A DNA stretch of 64,000 nt from Holosporales bacterium (GCA_947461445.1 CANHKV010000002.1:28442-92441), one strand, 5' to 3'. Positions 38,988-48,937 are shown, counted from the stretch's first letter. Program-made: numbers and translations. The notes: generated by a model from the sequence alone, not told the origin.

Positions 38988-40529
38988 CTATGCCATAAAA
39001 TGTTCTGCTTTGGCCTTCTTTTCAGCCATAGGTTCTTCCAGAGGCTCAGCAGACACCATCTCATTGTCCAATCCCGCGCCACTAAATGATGCATCTCCTT
39101 CTAAATCCAGGCCCGTGGCATCTATTTTGTCAGACAACGTACTCGGGCTGAACTTATCACTGGATTCAGATAAACTGATCCCATCACGCTGGGATTCCTC
39201 CGCATTGGTCTCTTGAAGAAGATGACGGTTTTCCTGTCCTGCCTCTGTTAATTCTGTCATTTGCGTAATGATGTCCGCATCTGGAGCATCTGTATCTGGA
39301 ACAATGGATCCCAGTTTTTCCACCGTGGGCACAATGGTATCCTGAAATAAACCAAGGGCAGATTGATAGGCCAAATGACCATTTTTTAGGGCTTTTCCCA
39401 CGCTCAACAAATGGCCTTGAAATTTTTCTAATCGAACAGACAGATCTTGACTCATGGCGATAATGCGATGGGTTTTTTGAGAAAATAGGTCTTGACGCCA
39501 TCCTTGGGCAATGGTTTTTAACAGGGCAATGCAGAGCATGGGTGTGGCTAAAATAATGTTTTTTTCCGCAGCCAACTCTAACAAATTGGCATCTCCTTCC
39601 AGTGCAGCGCTTAAAAAAGCTTCTCCCGGGACAAACAACACGGTTAACTCCACGGCATGTTCTTGATACGACCAGTATTTTTTATCCGATAAAGCCTTGA
39701 TATGCACCCCCAAAACACGGGCGTGTTCTTTAATTTTGGCTTGATATTCGGTGGATGTTTTTGCGGATGTTGATTCCAGATAATGGGTCATTGGCGCCTT
39801 GGAATCCACAATAATAGATTTTTTACCGGGCAATCGAATGACCATATCTGGTCGAACACCATGCTTTTTTTCCGTGCTCAAAGTGGGATGCTGTTGAAAA
39901 TCACAATAGGGCAACATTCCGGCCAGCTCGACCACACGACGCAATTGCATTTCCCCCCAACAGCCACGAATGTGCGGTGTACGAAAGGCATTCATCAGAG
40001 CGTTGGTTTCCAAGGATAGAACTTTTTGCCCCTCTGCCAAATGTCCGATTTGTTCCTTTAATCCCGAATATGCTCCCACACGGGTTTGTTCCAAGGCATG
40101 AATATGCTGTTTCATATCTTGTAAATAATGTTCCAGTGGACCAACCAATTGGGTCAAAAATGAGGATTGTTCCTTTAATTGTCCAGTGGTGGATTGCTGG
40201 AATTGGGATAAAATGGGCTGCAGATGAGATAAAAATGTTTTCTGAGCCCCAACCAGTGTTTGACTGCAAATCCCCTGTAATCGATGTTCTATGTCTTTTC
40301 TGGAATCCTGCATGGCAGAGGCTTGTTCTTTGAAAACCGTTTGAAGGTGGGCATTCATTTCGCGCAAATGATGGACCTCTTTTCGACTGGCATTCCATTC
40401 TGTTTCTAGGATTTGATACCGTTGCCGTAAATGATGATGCTCCAATTTTTTGCGATACCCCAAAAGCTCTCGAAAAACCCAACATGCCACAACACCAGAG
40501 CCAATAACAAACGACATATTTATATCCAT
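38988..40529 (-). CDS. rmuC: DNA recombination protein RmuC
   Basis: N-terminal TM helix, long coiled-coil, then an RmuC nuclease-like domain (IIVDSKAPMTHY...FVPGEAF). Acidic C-terminal tail. Confidence 0.85.
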   Translation of the reverse strand: MDINMSFVIGSGVVACWVFRELLGYRKKLEHHHLRQRYQILETEWNASRKEVHHLREMNAHLQTVFKEQASAMQDSRKDIEHRLQGICSQTLVGAQKTFLSHLQPILSQFQQSTTGQLKEQSSFLTQLVGPLEHYLQDMKQHIHALEQTRVGAYSGLKEQIGHLAEGQKVLSLETNALMNAFRTPHIRGCWGEMQLRRVVELAGMLPYCDFQQHPTLSTEKKHGVRPDMVIRLPGKKSIIVDSKAPMTHYLESTSAKTSTEYQAKIKEHARVLGVHIKALSDKKYWSYQEHAVELTVLFVPGEAFLSAALEGDANLLELAAEKNIILATPMLCIALLKTIAQGWRQDLFSQKTHRIIAMSQDLSVRLEKFQGHLLSVGKALKNGHLAYQSALGLFQDTIVPTVEKLGSIVPDTDAPDADIITQMTELTEAGQENRHLLQETNAEESQRDGISLSESSDKFSPSTLSDKIDATGLDLEGDASFSGAGLDNEMVSAEPLEEPMAEKKAKAEHFMA

Positions 40530-40552
40530 TGTAAACGATAAGAGAACAGTGT

Positions 40553-40570
40553 TGGTACTCTAGAGTACCA
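40553..40570. promoter_or_regulatory. Perfect 18-bp palindrome TGGTACTCTAGAGTACCA (operator-like)
   Basis: Read directly. It lies 24-41 nt upstream of the rmuC ATG, in the divergent rmuC/secretin intergenic region. Confidence 0.4.
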
Positions 40571-40827
40571 GGATCTGGCTTTTTTTCAAAATATTTTTCA
40601 GAATAAAATAAATAAAAAGTTAAAAAATCTTTTTCAAATGCGTTAACCCCAATGTGGTTTTAAAAAATCTTTAATATTTTGCTTAAATCATCATTTTTAC
40701 GATTTTTTAGTAAAAATAAACTATTCAAAAATACAAAACCAGAAAAGCATACTTTTTATTCATTGACTTAAATATCGATTGCCGATAGGTTTTAAAATAA
40801 GTTTTCTAGGGAAAGGCCGATCGGCTT

Positions 40828-42663
40828 ATGAAAAGATGGTATTGGGCCAACATCCTGTGTCTAATCGCTGCTGGATGCTCTCAAAAATCAGAAAAAGCAG
40901 TATCAAAAAGATCACTGATGTATACCGAGAAAATGTCTTTTTTAAAGGACTTGCACTCTCAGTTTCCCAGCTCCTTTTCCTTGGCGCTGCTGTTAAGTTT
41001 TATTCAGAAAAACCAACTCAGCGAAGCATCTGGCTATATCAATAAAACACTGGAAAATTATCCAAACTGTGCGGCCTTGCACATTGCCCAGGGATTCATC
41101 TGGGAAGCGAGAGCACTGTTGGGAGAGAGTAATGCTGGAAAAATGGCGACTGTGGCGTATCAAGCGGCTTTAACTGCGGACCAGTCCAATCCCGCAGCCC
41201 ACTATTTGCTGGGTCAACAATATTTATCCCAGGGGGATGCCTTTATGGCGCAACGGCATTTTGCCCAAGGTGTGATGATGCGCCCAGATGAGCATAAACT
41301 ATTGTATGTATTGGCCTGCGCGTCTTATCGCAATGGGGACATTAAAACGGCCTACTGTTCTATTAAAAAAGCATTATCATTGTGCTCGAAAAATCCGTTG
41401 TATTACCGTACAGCCTCTATGATTTACGCTGCCAGTGGACATTTTCAAGACAGTCAGGTGGCCTTTGATTGCTATGCCAAGTTAACAGGAAAAGCCAGTA
41501 CAGGTGATTTGCAGCACATCAAAAACAGAATCGAGTATTGGAAAGGATTGCACGCCAATACCAAAATTACTCGGATGGCGGACGATGATCAGAGCAAAAA
41601 AGATGATAAAAGTGGCGAAAAAAAAGACGATGAACTGCCCAGCATTATCTTGAATGGATACATTTTATTGGTGAACCAAAGCAATAATCAGCAAAAAGGC
41701 AACAACGTATTTAACGCCTATGATCAAGTCAAAAATGTAACCGCCCCCCTATCGGTGGTTTTGGGTGGGTCAACGGCCAATTCAACAGGCAACAAACCTT
41801 TATTTTGGTGGGGCCGTCAACAAGCCACCGATTTTTCTAAGGCATCAGCCACCCTAAAGGGACATACTTTTAATTACAATATCACACCATCTGCCTTGAA
41901 TTATGCCCTTAATATTGCCAATGCTTCTCGATCCATTGCCACGTATTCTGCTCGGCCAACCATTTCTACCTTAATGGGTAAACCGGCTGCCTTTTTTGCT
42001 GGCAGCATTATCCAGGCGGCTCCGGCTGGTGGATCGTTGGTGACCATTGATGCAGGAGACAAATTAGAGGTTAAACCCATCAATATTACAGAAGATGGAT
42101 TAATTACCCTGGATATTACCATGACCTCGGCAGCAGCTGTGGGTGATGGGGGAACCCGAGTGTTGTCTCAAGCTGCATTGTCCCAAGGGCTGAATAACCA
42201 ATTGGTTCAAGTCAACAGTTCTAAAATATCGACCATTGTCAAAGTATATGCTGGTCAAACCATCGTTGTTGGTGGATTAAAAACCATCGTGAAAAAAGTG
42301 GCAGACTCTAGGTTCCCTGTGCTGGGTAATATTCCTATTTTACAATATTTCTTCTCTGCAGTGAACAATAATACTTCGGAAGCCACCATTTTATACCTTC
42401 TCAGTGTTCAATTGGGTGGTCAAGCCAAAACAGCGTATACCAAAATACCGGATCAAAGTGAGGTCTTTAAAGAACTCCATAAAGCCGATCCATCTGGATT
42501 TACCTATTCTGGTCCATCCACATACGCCTTGATTTTAAAACATTTGGGCAAGATGTCTCTGGTTAACGGTTTTCAATCGGGGGATGCATTGGTTATTCCT
42601 GAATCGCAGTTAGAACCATTGTCAGATCGATTGAGCAACCTATCCAGCTTTTTCTATTTTTAA
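40828..42663 (+). CDS. Lipoprotein-like TPR-secretin fusion protein, paralogue 1 (611 aa)
   Basis: Signal peptide plus lipobox-like LIAAGC, about 200 aa of TPR-like helical repeats, an acidic/Lys linker, and a secretin core (ALNYALNIANASRS..., GQTIVVGGLKT...SRFPVLGNIPILQYFF). Aromatic C-terminus FFYF. Confidence 0.7.
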   Translation: MKRWYWANILCLIAAGCSQKSEKAVSKRSLMYTEKMSFLKDLHSQFPSSFSLALLLSFIQKNQLSEASGYINKTLENYPNCAALHIAQGFIWEARALLGESNAGKMATVAYQAALTADQSNPAAHYLLGQQYLSQGDAFMAQRHFAQGVMMRPDEHKLLYVLACASYRNGDIKTAYCSIKKALSLCSKNPLYYRTASMIYAASGHFQDSQVAFDCYAKLTGKASTGDLQHIKNRIEYWKGLHANTKITRMADDDQSKKDDKSGEKKDDELPSIILNGYILLVNQSNNQQKGNNVFNAYDQVKNVTAPLSVVLGGSTANSTGNKPLFWWGRQQATDFSKASATLKGHTFNYNITPSALNYALNIANASRSIATYSARPTISTLMGKPAAFFAGSIIQAAPAGGSLVTIDAGDKLEVKPINITEDGLITLDITMTSAAAVGDGGTRVLSQAALSQGLNNQLVQVNSSKISTIVKVYAGQTIVVGGLKTIVKKVADSRFPVLGNIPILQYFFSAVNNNTSEATILYLLSVQLGGQAKTAYTKIPDQSEVFKELHKADPSGFTYSGPSTYALILKHLGKMSLVNGFQSGDALVIPESQLEPLSDRLSNLSSFFYF

Positions 42664-42674
42664 AAAGGAGCGTT

Positions 42675-44555
42675 ATGAAGCAGTCTATGATGGATCGTGT
42701 ATTTTGGAAGACAATGGTCACACTGGCCTTGTCTTTGCTGGTACAACAAGGGTGTCAAAACCGAAAATCGCGATCTGTTTCTGTGCCATCGGCTAAGCCC
42801 AGCCCCATGGATTTCTTGAAACAGGGTCCCATTTCATTCCCATCTTTTTTTTCCCTATCCAAGGTCAAAACTTTTATCCAGCAAGGCCAGTTAAAAGAAG
42901 CCTCTCTGTACGTCAATCAATCCATCAATATCGAGCCCCGAAACGCGGCTCTGCATTTATTAAATGCCTTTATTTATGAATCTTTGCTGGACACGGGCCA
43001 AGATGATTGCAAAGAATTAATTGAAATCGCCTATCGAACGGCCATGGATTTGGATCCATCCTTGTGGCTGACCCATTATTTGCGTGGATTGAACGCATTA
43101 AAAATGTCGAAATACCGAGAGGCTCAAAAATACTTCGTAGAAGCCTATGCCCTATGTTCCGTTAACCCTGATGTGGTCTATTCCTTGGCGTACGCGTCCT
43201 ATTATGCCTATGATTTACCCGTAGCATTGACGTTTATTGAAAAAGCCGCAAAAATGTGTCCAAAAAAACCCGAAATCATCCGGTCTGCAGCCATGATTTG
43301 TGCCGCAGCAGGGGAAAAAGCAAAGGCAGAACAGTACCTTAATGCATACAGTCAGCTGGTTGGAAAAAACCAGTCGGATATTGCCACGATGAAACAGCGC
43401 TTGAACCAGTGGGAAAAAACAGGCACGCGTATTCAGTTAATGGGGTCCGCACCAGGCACAGAAGCCTCTGGTTTACGGGCCAACTCTGAGTTTTCATCCT
43501 TTGAAAGTAAAAAAGGTAATGATGAAAAGAATTTAGAGACAAAAGAAAGTACGGATTCTCCGCCATCATTGATTTTTGACACGACACTGATCAGTTATTC
43601 TGATCAAAAAACAGAAAGCAGAGGGCAAAATATTTTTAACAGCTTGCAAGTTATTTTGGGTGGGGCCGCGGATTCATCTGGAAACCTCAACGCATCCCCC
43701 CAATGGAATATTTCTCAAAAATTTGCCAGCACCAATGGGATTAGGGACGTTGCCAGCACCATTAGTACCTTGGCTTATGGCATTACGCCTTTTGCCATGC
43801 AGTACAGTCTGAATATTGCCAACTCTGGACGATCAAAAGTAGAACTGCTATCGCGTGCCAGCTTGTCAACAACCCTTGGTCACTCTGCCTATTTTCTGCA
43901 GGGGGCTCAATATACAGGTTCGACGGCAGGAAACCTGACGGGTGCTGCAACCGCATCCATTGACGCTGGTATGAAAATTGAAATTCGCCCGGTATCTCTG
44001 TCAGAAAAAGGAGAAGTTGTGCTGGAAATCACCCTCGTGGGTTCGGATTTTTTGAATTTACCCAATTCTGGAATCGGAATATCCAACCAGCTGATTCAAA
44101 TCCAGCGTTCTAAGGTATCCACCACCGTCAAAGCCATGCTGGGTCAAACCATTGTGATATCCGGTATACAAACCCAACAACGCAACGAAAGCAGAGGCGG
44201 GTTCCCTCTATTGCAAAGCATACCTTTGCTTCAATACTTTACCTCTAATTTCCAGAAAAATGATAACATCACGTCTGCCATCTTTTTGATGACCCCACGA
44301 TTGGGTGGAAATTCTCCATTATCACCTGCTCAAACCCAACAGCAACGCTCTATTGCTCAACAATTGCAAAAAAGAGGCATCATATCACAGCTGGAATATT
44401 CCAATATTTATCATATCCTGCGAACCATTCAATCCTTTCAATTGATGGCATTTTCTCAATTGCGATCAGGTGATTTACCCTCCCCTGTTCGGGCCTATGA
44501 TCGAAAAGATTGTCGTGAAAAAATATCTCAACTGGGGTCTTTTTTGTGGTACTAA
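42675..44555 (+). CDS. Lipoprotein-like TPR-secretin fusion protein, paralogue 2 (626 aa)
   Basis: Strong AAGGAG SD. Signal peptide with a weak lipobox (VQQGC). Collinear similarity to paralogue 1 in both the TPR part and the secretin core (GQTIVISGIQT...GGFPLLQSIPLLQYF). Ends in FLWY. Confidence 0.7.
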   Translation: MKQSMMDRVFWKTMVTLALSLLVQQGCQNRKSRSVSVPSAKPSPMDFLKQGPISFPSFFSLSKVKTFIQQGQLKEASLYVNQSINIEPRNAALHLLNAFIYESLLDTGQDDCKELIEIAYRTAMDLDPSLWLTHYLRGLNALKMSKYREAQKYFVEAYALCSVNPDVVYSLAYASYYAYDLPVALTFIEKAAKMCPKKPEIIRSAAMICAAAGEKAKAEQYLNAYSQLVGKNQSDIATMKQRLNQWEKTGTRIQLMGSAPGTEASGLRANSEFSSFESKKGNDEKNLETKESTDSPPSLIFDTTLISYSDQKTESRGQNIFNSLQVILGGAADSSGNLNASPQWNISQKFASTNGIRDVASTISTLAYGITPFAMQYSLNIANSGRSKVELLSRASLSTTLGHSAYFLQGAQYTGSTAGNLTGAATASIDAGMKIEIRPVSLSEKGEVVLEITLVGSDFLNLPNSGIGISNQLIQIQRSKVSTTVKAMLGQTIVISGIQTQQRNESRGGFPLLQSIPLLQYFTSNFQKNDNITSAIFLMTPRLGGNSPLSPAQTQQQRSIAQQLQKRGIISQLEYSNIYHILRTIQSFQLMAFSQLRSGDLPSPVRAYDRKDCREKISQLGSFLWY

Positions 44556-44649
44556 AAACAAATCCTGCTGGCCCTTGGCGTAACCATTGATCACAATATA
44601 CACCATGTTATTTTACAGGATGATTTGCAAAAAACCCTGAAAAAAGCCT

Positions 44650-45333
44650 ATGCTGAATAAAAAGGACGCATTGAATTTTATGACGATAAAACCAGACCGT
44701 TTGCCCAGAGCCGTATTATTTGATTGGGATAATACATTGGTGGATACCACCCATGATACCTTGCGGGCATTGAATGCTGTATGTGCTGCTTTTAATCACC
44801 GGCCCATGACCCTGGATGAATTTCAAAAAAAACCATCCCTAACCATTCGATCCTTTCTTTCCAGTATTGTTGCGCCATCTGACATCAGCGCAGCAGAATC
44901 TGTGTTTTTTCAACACACCACCCATCTTGAATTGGTGTTGATGCCCCACGCCCACGCCGTTGTGACGTGGTTACATCATCAAAATATTCCTATGGCCATT
45001 GTCAGCAACAAAGGTGGAGATCGACTGCGCAAAGAGATTAAACATTTGAATTTATCCCATGCGTTTTATTGTGCCATTGGATCTGGGGATACCCATGAAG
45101 ACAAACCATCCGCTACTCCCTTGCTCCATGCATTGGCACAAAACAATCTGTCGGCGTCTCGTAATATTTGGTTTGTCGGAGATTCTGTTGTGGACATGAT
45201 GTGCGCCCATCATGCAGGATGTTTGCCTGTTTCTGTCAGCCAACAAGCCGATCATTACGAGCACCCAAAAGTCAAAGCTGGAAATTGTGAAGGCCTGTTA
45301 CAGTTGCTGGAAGGATTTCATAAAAAGGCCTAA
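44650..45333 (+). CDS. HAD-superfamily hydrolase (phosphoglycolate phosphatase-like)
   Basis: Motif I VLFDWDNTLVDT (DxDxT), motif II VSNK, motif III/IV K...GDSVVDM. Confidence 0.75.
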   Translation: MLNKKDALNFMTIKPDRLPRAVLFDWDNTLVDTTHDTLRALNAVCAAFNHRPMTLDEFQKKPSLTIRSFLSSIVAPSDISAAESVFFQHTTHLELVLMPHAHAVVTWLHHQNIPMAIVSNKGGDRLRKEIKHLNLSHAFYCAIGSGDTHEDKPSATPLLHALAQNNLSASRNIWFVGDSVVDMMCAHHAGCLPVSVSQQADHYEHPKVKAGNCEGLLQLLEGFHKKA

Positions 45334-45751
45334 AAAATCCGGCAATCCAAAAATGTATACGGTATAAGCTATTCTGACAATCTGTAAGGTACTGACTTAA
45401 ATGCACACTGTACTTTGAACCTTGGTATCGTTTTATTTGATGTTGCCATGGCCCACAAACACGTGTACTGAACCTGAAATCATGTGTATGGCGGGCCCTA
45501 TCTGGGGACCCTTAATCGCCCTGTTCTGCCAAGATTTGTGGGCCCCCCAGGATGTTTGGGTATGGTGCAAGGACGCAACGATGGTGTGCGTGCCTTATTC
45601 GTGTTTGATTGGGTTCATCCGATCTCCCAGCTGTCGGAACCCCTCTTTCTCTGCTCTCTCAGCTGTCGCCACGTAAAGACCGAGGCATTCAAAACGCGAT
45701 TCCAGCAAGATTGGTAGGCTCTTGCCAGAGCCCCACCAAACAGCCCCAGCC

Positions 45752-47290
45752 TCATGCTTTGCCCTTGTTTGTCTCTGACTTGTCACCATCCAAATGGGCT
45801 TGGCCATTGGGTTGATCCGGCTGAACAAGCTGTTTCAGATTTGATCCATCAAAAAAATGTCCCTGACGCAGAAAATGTATGGCTGAAACCAATTCTATAG
45901 CACGTGTCATTTGATGATCATAAGGCGTGTCGGATTTTAGACCGTTTTGATGGGATGGGCTGTGATTTTGATCCAGATTGCCATCAGAGGGCAAACCGGC
46001 GCCTTGACCCATGGCACGTTCGGGTTGATCAGGTTGTACAGGGGTGGCATTGGACAACGCTTGTGGGCGCAACGTTCCAGATACATTACGCTCTCTGACC
46101 ACCAAATCATGGTTTGGCACAGATTGTGCCGATTGCATTTGCTCTATGATGATATCAGGGATAATGCCATGACCCTGGATTGGTCTTTGGGTTAATGGCG
46201 TATACCAACGGGATATGGTTAATTTTATGGCGCCAGCATGATCATCCAATGGAATAACCTCTTGGGTGGATCCCTTGCCATAGGAACAAACCCCTAGAAC
46301 AATGGCTTTTTTATGATCTTGCAATGCACCGACCATAATTTCTGCAGCCGAAGCCGTCCCCTCATCAATCAAAGTCACCACGGGTGTGTGGTGCACAAGG
46401 GCCAATCCTGGTACAGCATAGGTTACTTCTTCTGGCATTTCAGGGCGCCCCTTGGAACGCACCAAAACCCCCTTATCAATGAATAACTGACAACATTTAA
46501 TGGCGGCATCAAACATACCTCCAGAATTTCTTCTCAGATCAATCACATACCCTTTCAACGTGTTTTTTAATGTTTTTTGAATGTCTAAAATGACTTTTTT
46601 AAGCAAATCTGGGGTTTGATCATCAAAACTGGCCATACGAATAATGGCAACACCATTGGTAATATGATGTTTGACAGAAAGACCAGATATGATATTGGTG
46701 CGTTTTATTTTGAAATTCAGTCGTCTGGAATGGCCTTTGCGTTCTATGGTTAATTTAACAGTGGTACCTGGTTTACCACGCATGCGTTCAGAAACCTTGG
46801 CAAATCCATCCAATTGGCCCAAAACCACATCATCAACGGCAATAATAATATCTCCTGATAAAATACCCGCTGTGGCTGCCGGTGAATAATCCAGACAAGA
46901 CACAATTTGCATTCGATTTAAACGATCCACATTCATCACCACACCAATACCCCCAAAAGCCCCCTTGTACTGTTCTTGTAACCGGGTAAACTCCTTTTCC
47001 GTGAAAAAGAAAGAATGGGGGTCAGCCGCATAACACATGCCTCTTATGGCTCCATTGATTAATACCTCTTGATCAATAGGGTCAACATAATGCTTTTGTA
47101 TGATTTTCATACAGCGCATCAAAAACTTTATAAACTTGTCTTCTGATCGATTGCTTGATTGTGGGCCATCACCCATGGGTTTTTCCACCATTGCTGGTTT
47201 TTGAGCGGTGGGTCCAGCATTGCAAAAAAGAGGATAGGAAAGCAAAAAAAGAAGGGCACAGCACCCCCGTTTTAAAACAGAATTTTTCAT
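45752..47290 (-). CDS. ctpA: Carboxy-terminal processing peptidase (S41 family) with C-terminal extension
   Basis: Signal peptide from ATG 47290 (MKNSVLKRGCCALLFLLSYPLFCNA), PDZ domain, and S41 motifs DLRRNSGG and GTASAAEI...K. The ORF track starts 28 codons upstream. Confidence 0.85.
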   Translation of the reverse strand: MKNSVLKRGCCALLFLLSYPLFCNAGPTAQKPAMVEKPMGDGPQSSNRSEDKFIKFLMRCMKIIQKHYVDPIDQEVLINGAIRGMCYAADPHSFFFTEKEFTRLQEQYKGAFGGIGVVMNVDRLNRMQIVSCLDYSPAATAGILSGDIIIAVDDVVLGQLDGFAKVSERMRGKPGTTVKLTIERKGHSRRLNFKIKRTNIISGLSVKHHITNGVAIIRMASFDDQTPDLLKKVILDIQKTLKNTLKGYVIDLRRNSGGMFDAAIKCCQLFIDKGVLVRSKGRPEMPEEVTYAVPGLALVHHTPVVTLIDEGTASAAEIMVGALQDHKKAIVLGVCSYGKGSTQEVIPLDDHAGAIKLTISRWYTPLTQRPIQGHGIIPDIIIEQMQSAQSVPNHDLVVRERNVSGTLRPQALSNATPVQPDQPERAMGQGAGLPSDGNLDQNHSPSHQNGLKSDTPYDHQMTRAIELVSAIHFLRQGHFFDGSNLKQLVQPDQPNGQAHLDGDKSETNKGKA

Positions 47291-47548
47291 CGGCGTTATG
47301 CGCATCACCATGATTTGTCTAAAAAAAACATGTCCCAGTATACTCTGTTTTATAACAACTTTCGAATCCCGCACTGTTTTTCCAAAATCATTAACAGGTC
47401 AGGGTGCCATATTCAGGATTTTGGGGTGTATTTACAAAAAAGTGAAATCATTTTTTAACAAAATATACAAAAAAATGTATTTTATATTTTTCCTAGACGT
47501 TGTTTACACAAAAAAATAGTATTGATTTAAAATAAAGTCAGGATTGCG

Positions 47549-47621
47549 TGCCCGAGGCCGGAATCGAACCAGCGACACAAGGTTTTTCAGACCTTTGCTC
47601 TACCAACTGAGCTACTCGGGC
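47549..47621 (-). tRNA. tRNA-Phe (anticodon GAA)
   Basis: Manual cloverleaf: GCCCGAG/CTCGGGC acceptor, GCTC/GAGC D-stem, AAGGT-CTGAAAA-ACCTT anticodon arm, GCTGG-TTCGATT-CCGGC T-arm, discriminator A. CCA is not encoded. Confidence 0.9.
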
Positions 47622-48042
47622 AATCTACTTCAAGAATATAAATCATCTAGACACCTCTTGTCAACACAAAATGAACCCAATATGCCATTATTCCTGTTCT
47701 TTCTTTTTGTTATCGGCCAGTCTCTTGATTTTTTATACAACTGGTGCACAATTAAAAAATACAGAAAATTAAAGGACCTGACTTTTAAAACTAAAAACTT
47801 TTACAAAAAAATACAAATGCATAAAAATAAGTTTAAAACTCTGCACCTTTAACAGAAAACAGTCTAAAACGTAAAAAACCATGAAAAACAATGGGTTGTG
47901 GAGAAAAAAATACAAAAAACTGCATTTTAAACGTATTGACCTGATGATAGAATGCGTTTAAAAAAAGAGACCATGATTATATTAAACCTTTTGAAAGAAT
48001 TCGTTTGCTATAACATAGATAACACTTACTAAGGAAACAAAA

Positions 48043-48816
48043 ATGAAAATTCTTTTGGTTGAAGACGATCAAGTCACTGGCGAGCTAATTACCCGATTTT
48101 TGCGTGATGAAAATCTGTTCTGCGACTGTATTACAACAGGAGAAGAGGCCTTTCAAATCGGTAAAATTTACGATTATGACGTCATTGTTCTCGACATTGG
48201 TTTGCCAGATATGAATGGCCATGAATTGTTACAAAAATTACGCGATTCGGCCATCAGTTCTCCGATTTTGGTGTTATCTGGATTGCAATCCATTCAAGAT
48301 AAAGTCAAAGCACTGGGATTTGGTGCCGATGACTATATGACAAAGCCTTTTGCCAGCGAAGAATTAATCGTGCGCATCAAAGCCTTGGCCAGACGTGCAG
48401 AAGGCCATTCATCTGCCATTATTCGTGTTGGTGAAATACAGCTGAATCTGGATACCCAGCACATCGAAGTGGCTGGTCGTCCATTACAATTAACAGGTAA
48501 AGAGTATCAAATTTTAGAATTTTTGCTGGTGCGGAAAGGGGCAACCGTAACCAAAAACAATTTTCTGAACCGTCTTTACAGTGGCATGGATGAACCAGAA
48601 GAAAAGATCATCGATGTCTTTATGTGTAAAATCCGCCGAAAATTACAGGATATTTTGGGTCCTTCGGGTCGTGAATATATTGAAACCATTTGGGGTCGGG
48701 GTTATGTTTTGCGTGAACCCAATAAACAAAACCAGGTGCCAAGCAATGTGATTTCTGTTCATCCCAGCATTGCCAGTATTTCTCCATTTTCAAAAAACAA
48801 CCTTCCAAGTGCATAA
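48043..48816 (+). CDS. ctrA: Cell-cycle response regulator CtrA (OmpR family)
   Basis: High collinear similarity to Caulobacter CtrA as recalled (GKIYDYD..LD..LPDM, GADDYMTKPF, LTGKEYQ.LE.L..RKG.T.TK..FLN.LY.GMDEPE.KIIDVF.CK.R.KL, ET.WGRGYVLR.P). Confidence 0.9.
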   Translation: MKILLVEDDQVTGELITRFLRDENLFCDCITTGEEAFQIGKIYDYDVIVLDIGLPDMNGHELLQKLRDSAISSPILVLSGLQSIQDKVKALGFGADDYMTKPFASEELIVRIKALARRAEGHSSAIIRVGEIQLNLDTQHIEVAGRPLQLTGKEYQILEFLLVRKGATVTKNNFLNRLYSGMDEPEEKIIDVFMCKIRRKLQDILGPSGREYIETIWGRGYVLREPNKQNQVPSNVISVHPSIASISPFSKNNLPSA

Positions 48817-48937
48817 ACGTAAAATATGATGTAATCAATCCCAGAGAGGGGTCTCTCCTCTTCTGGCCCCCCCTGCCCTGTGAAAAAGTGTGGTACCCTG
48901 TAATGGGTAGTATTCAGGCAGGGCGCAACACACCATA

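Noticed and set aside
39901-40485. A 194-aa alternative-frame ORF lies inside rmuC.
   Set aside because: It is on the same strand as the well-supported RmuC frame but out of frame with it, and its composition is Arg/Ser/Gly-rich junk.
45334-45751. The 420-bp convergent spacer between the HAD hydrolase and ctpA could host RNase P RNA, tmRNA or 6S RNA.
   Set aside because: No GGAAAGTCC-type RNase P core, tRNA-like 3' end or tag-peptide reading frame was found by eye. Only a short imperfect repeat (CAGCTGTCG twice) is present. The region is left unassigned.
47622-48042. CtrA autoregulatory boxes (TTAA-N7-TTAA) or GANTC methylation sites might lie upstream of ctrA.
   Set aside because: All TTAA pairs in the region were checked by hand. 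Their spacings are 12-13 nt or unrelated, none is N7, and no GANTC was found.
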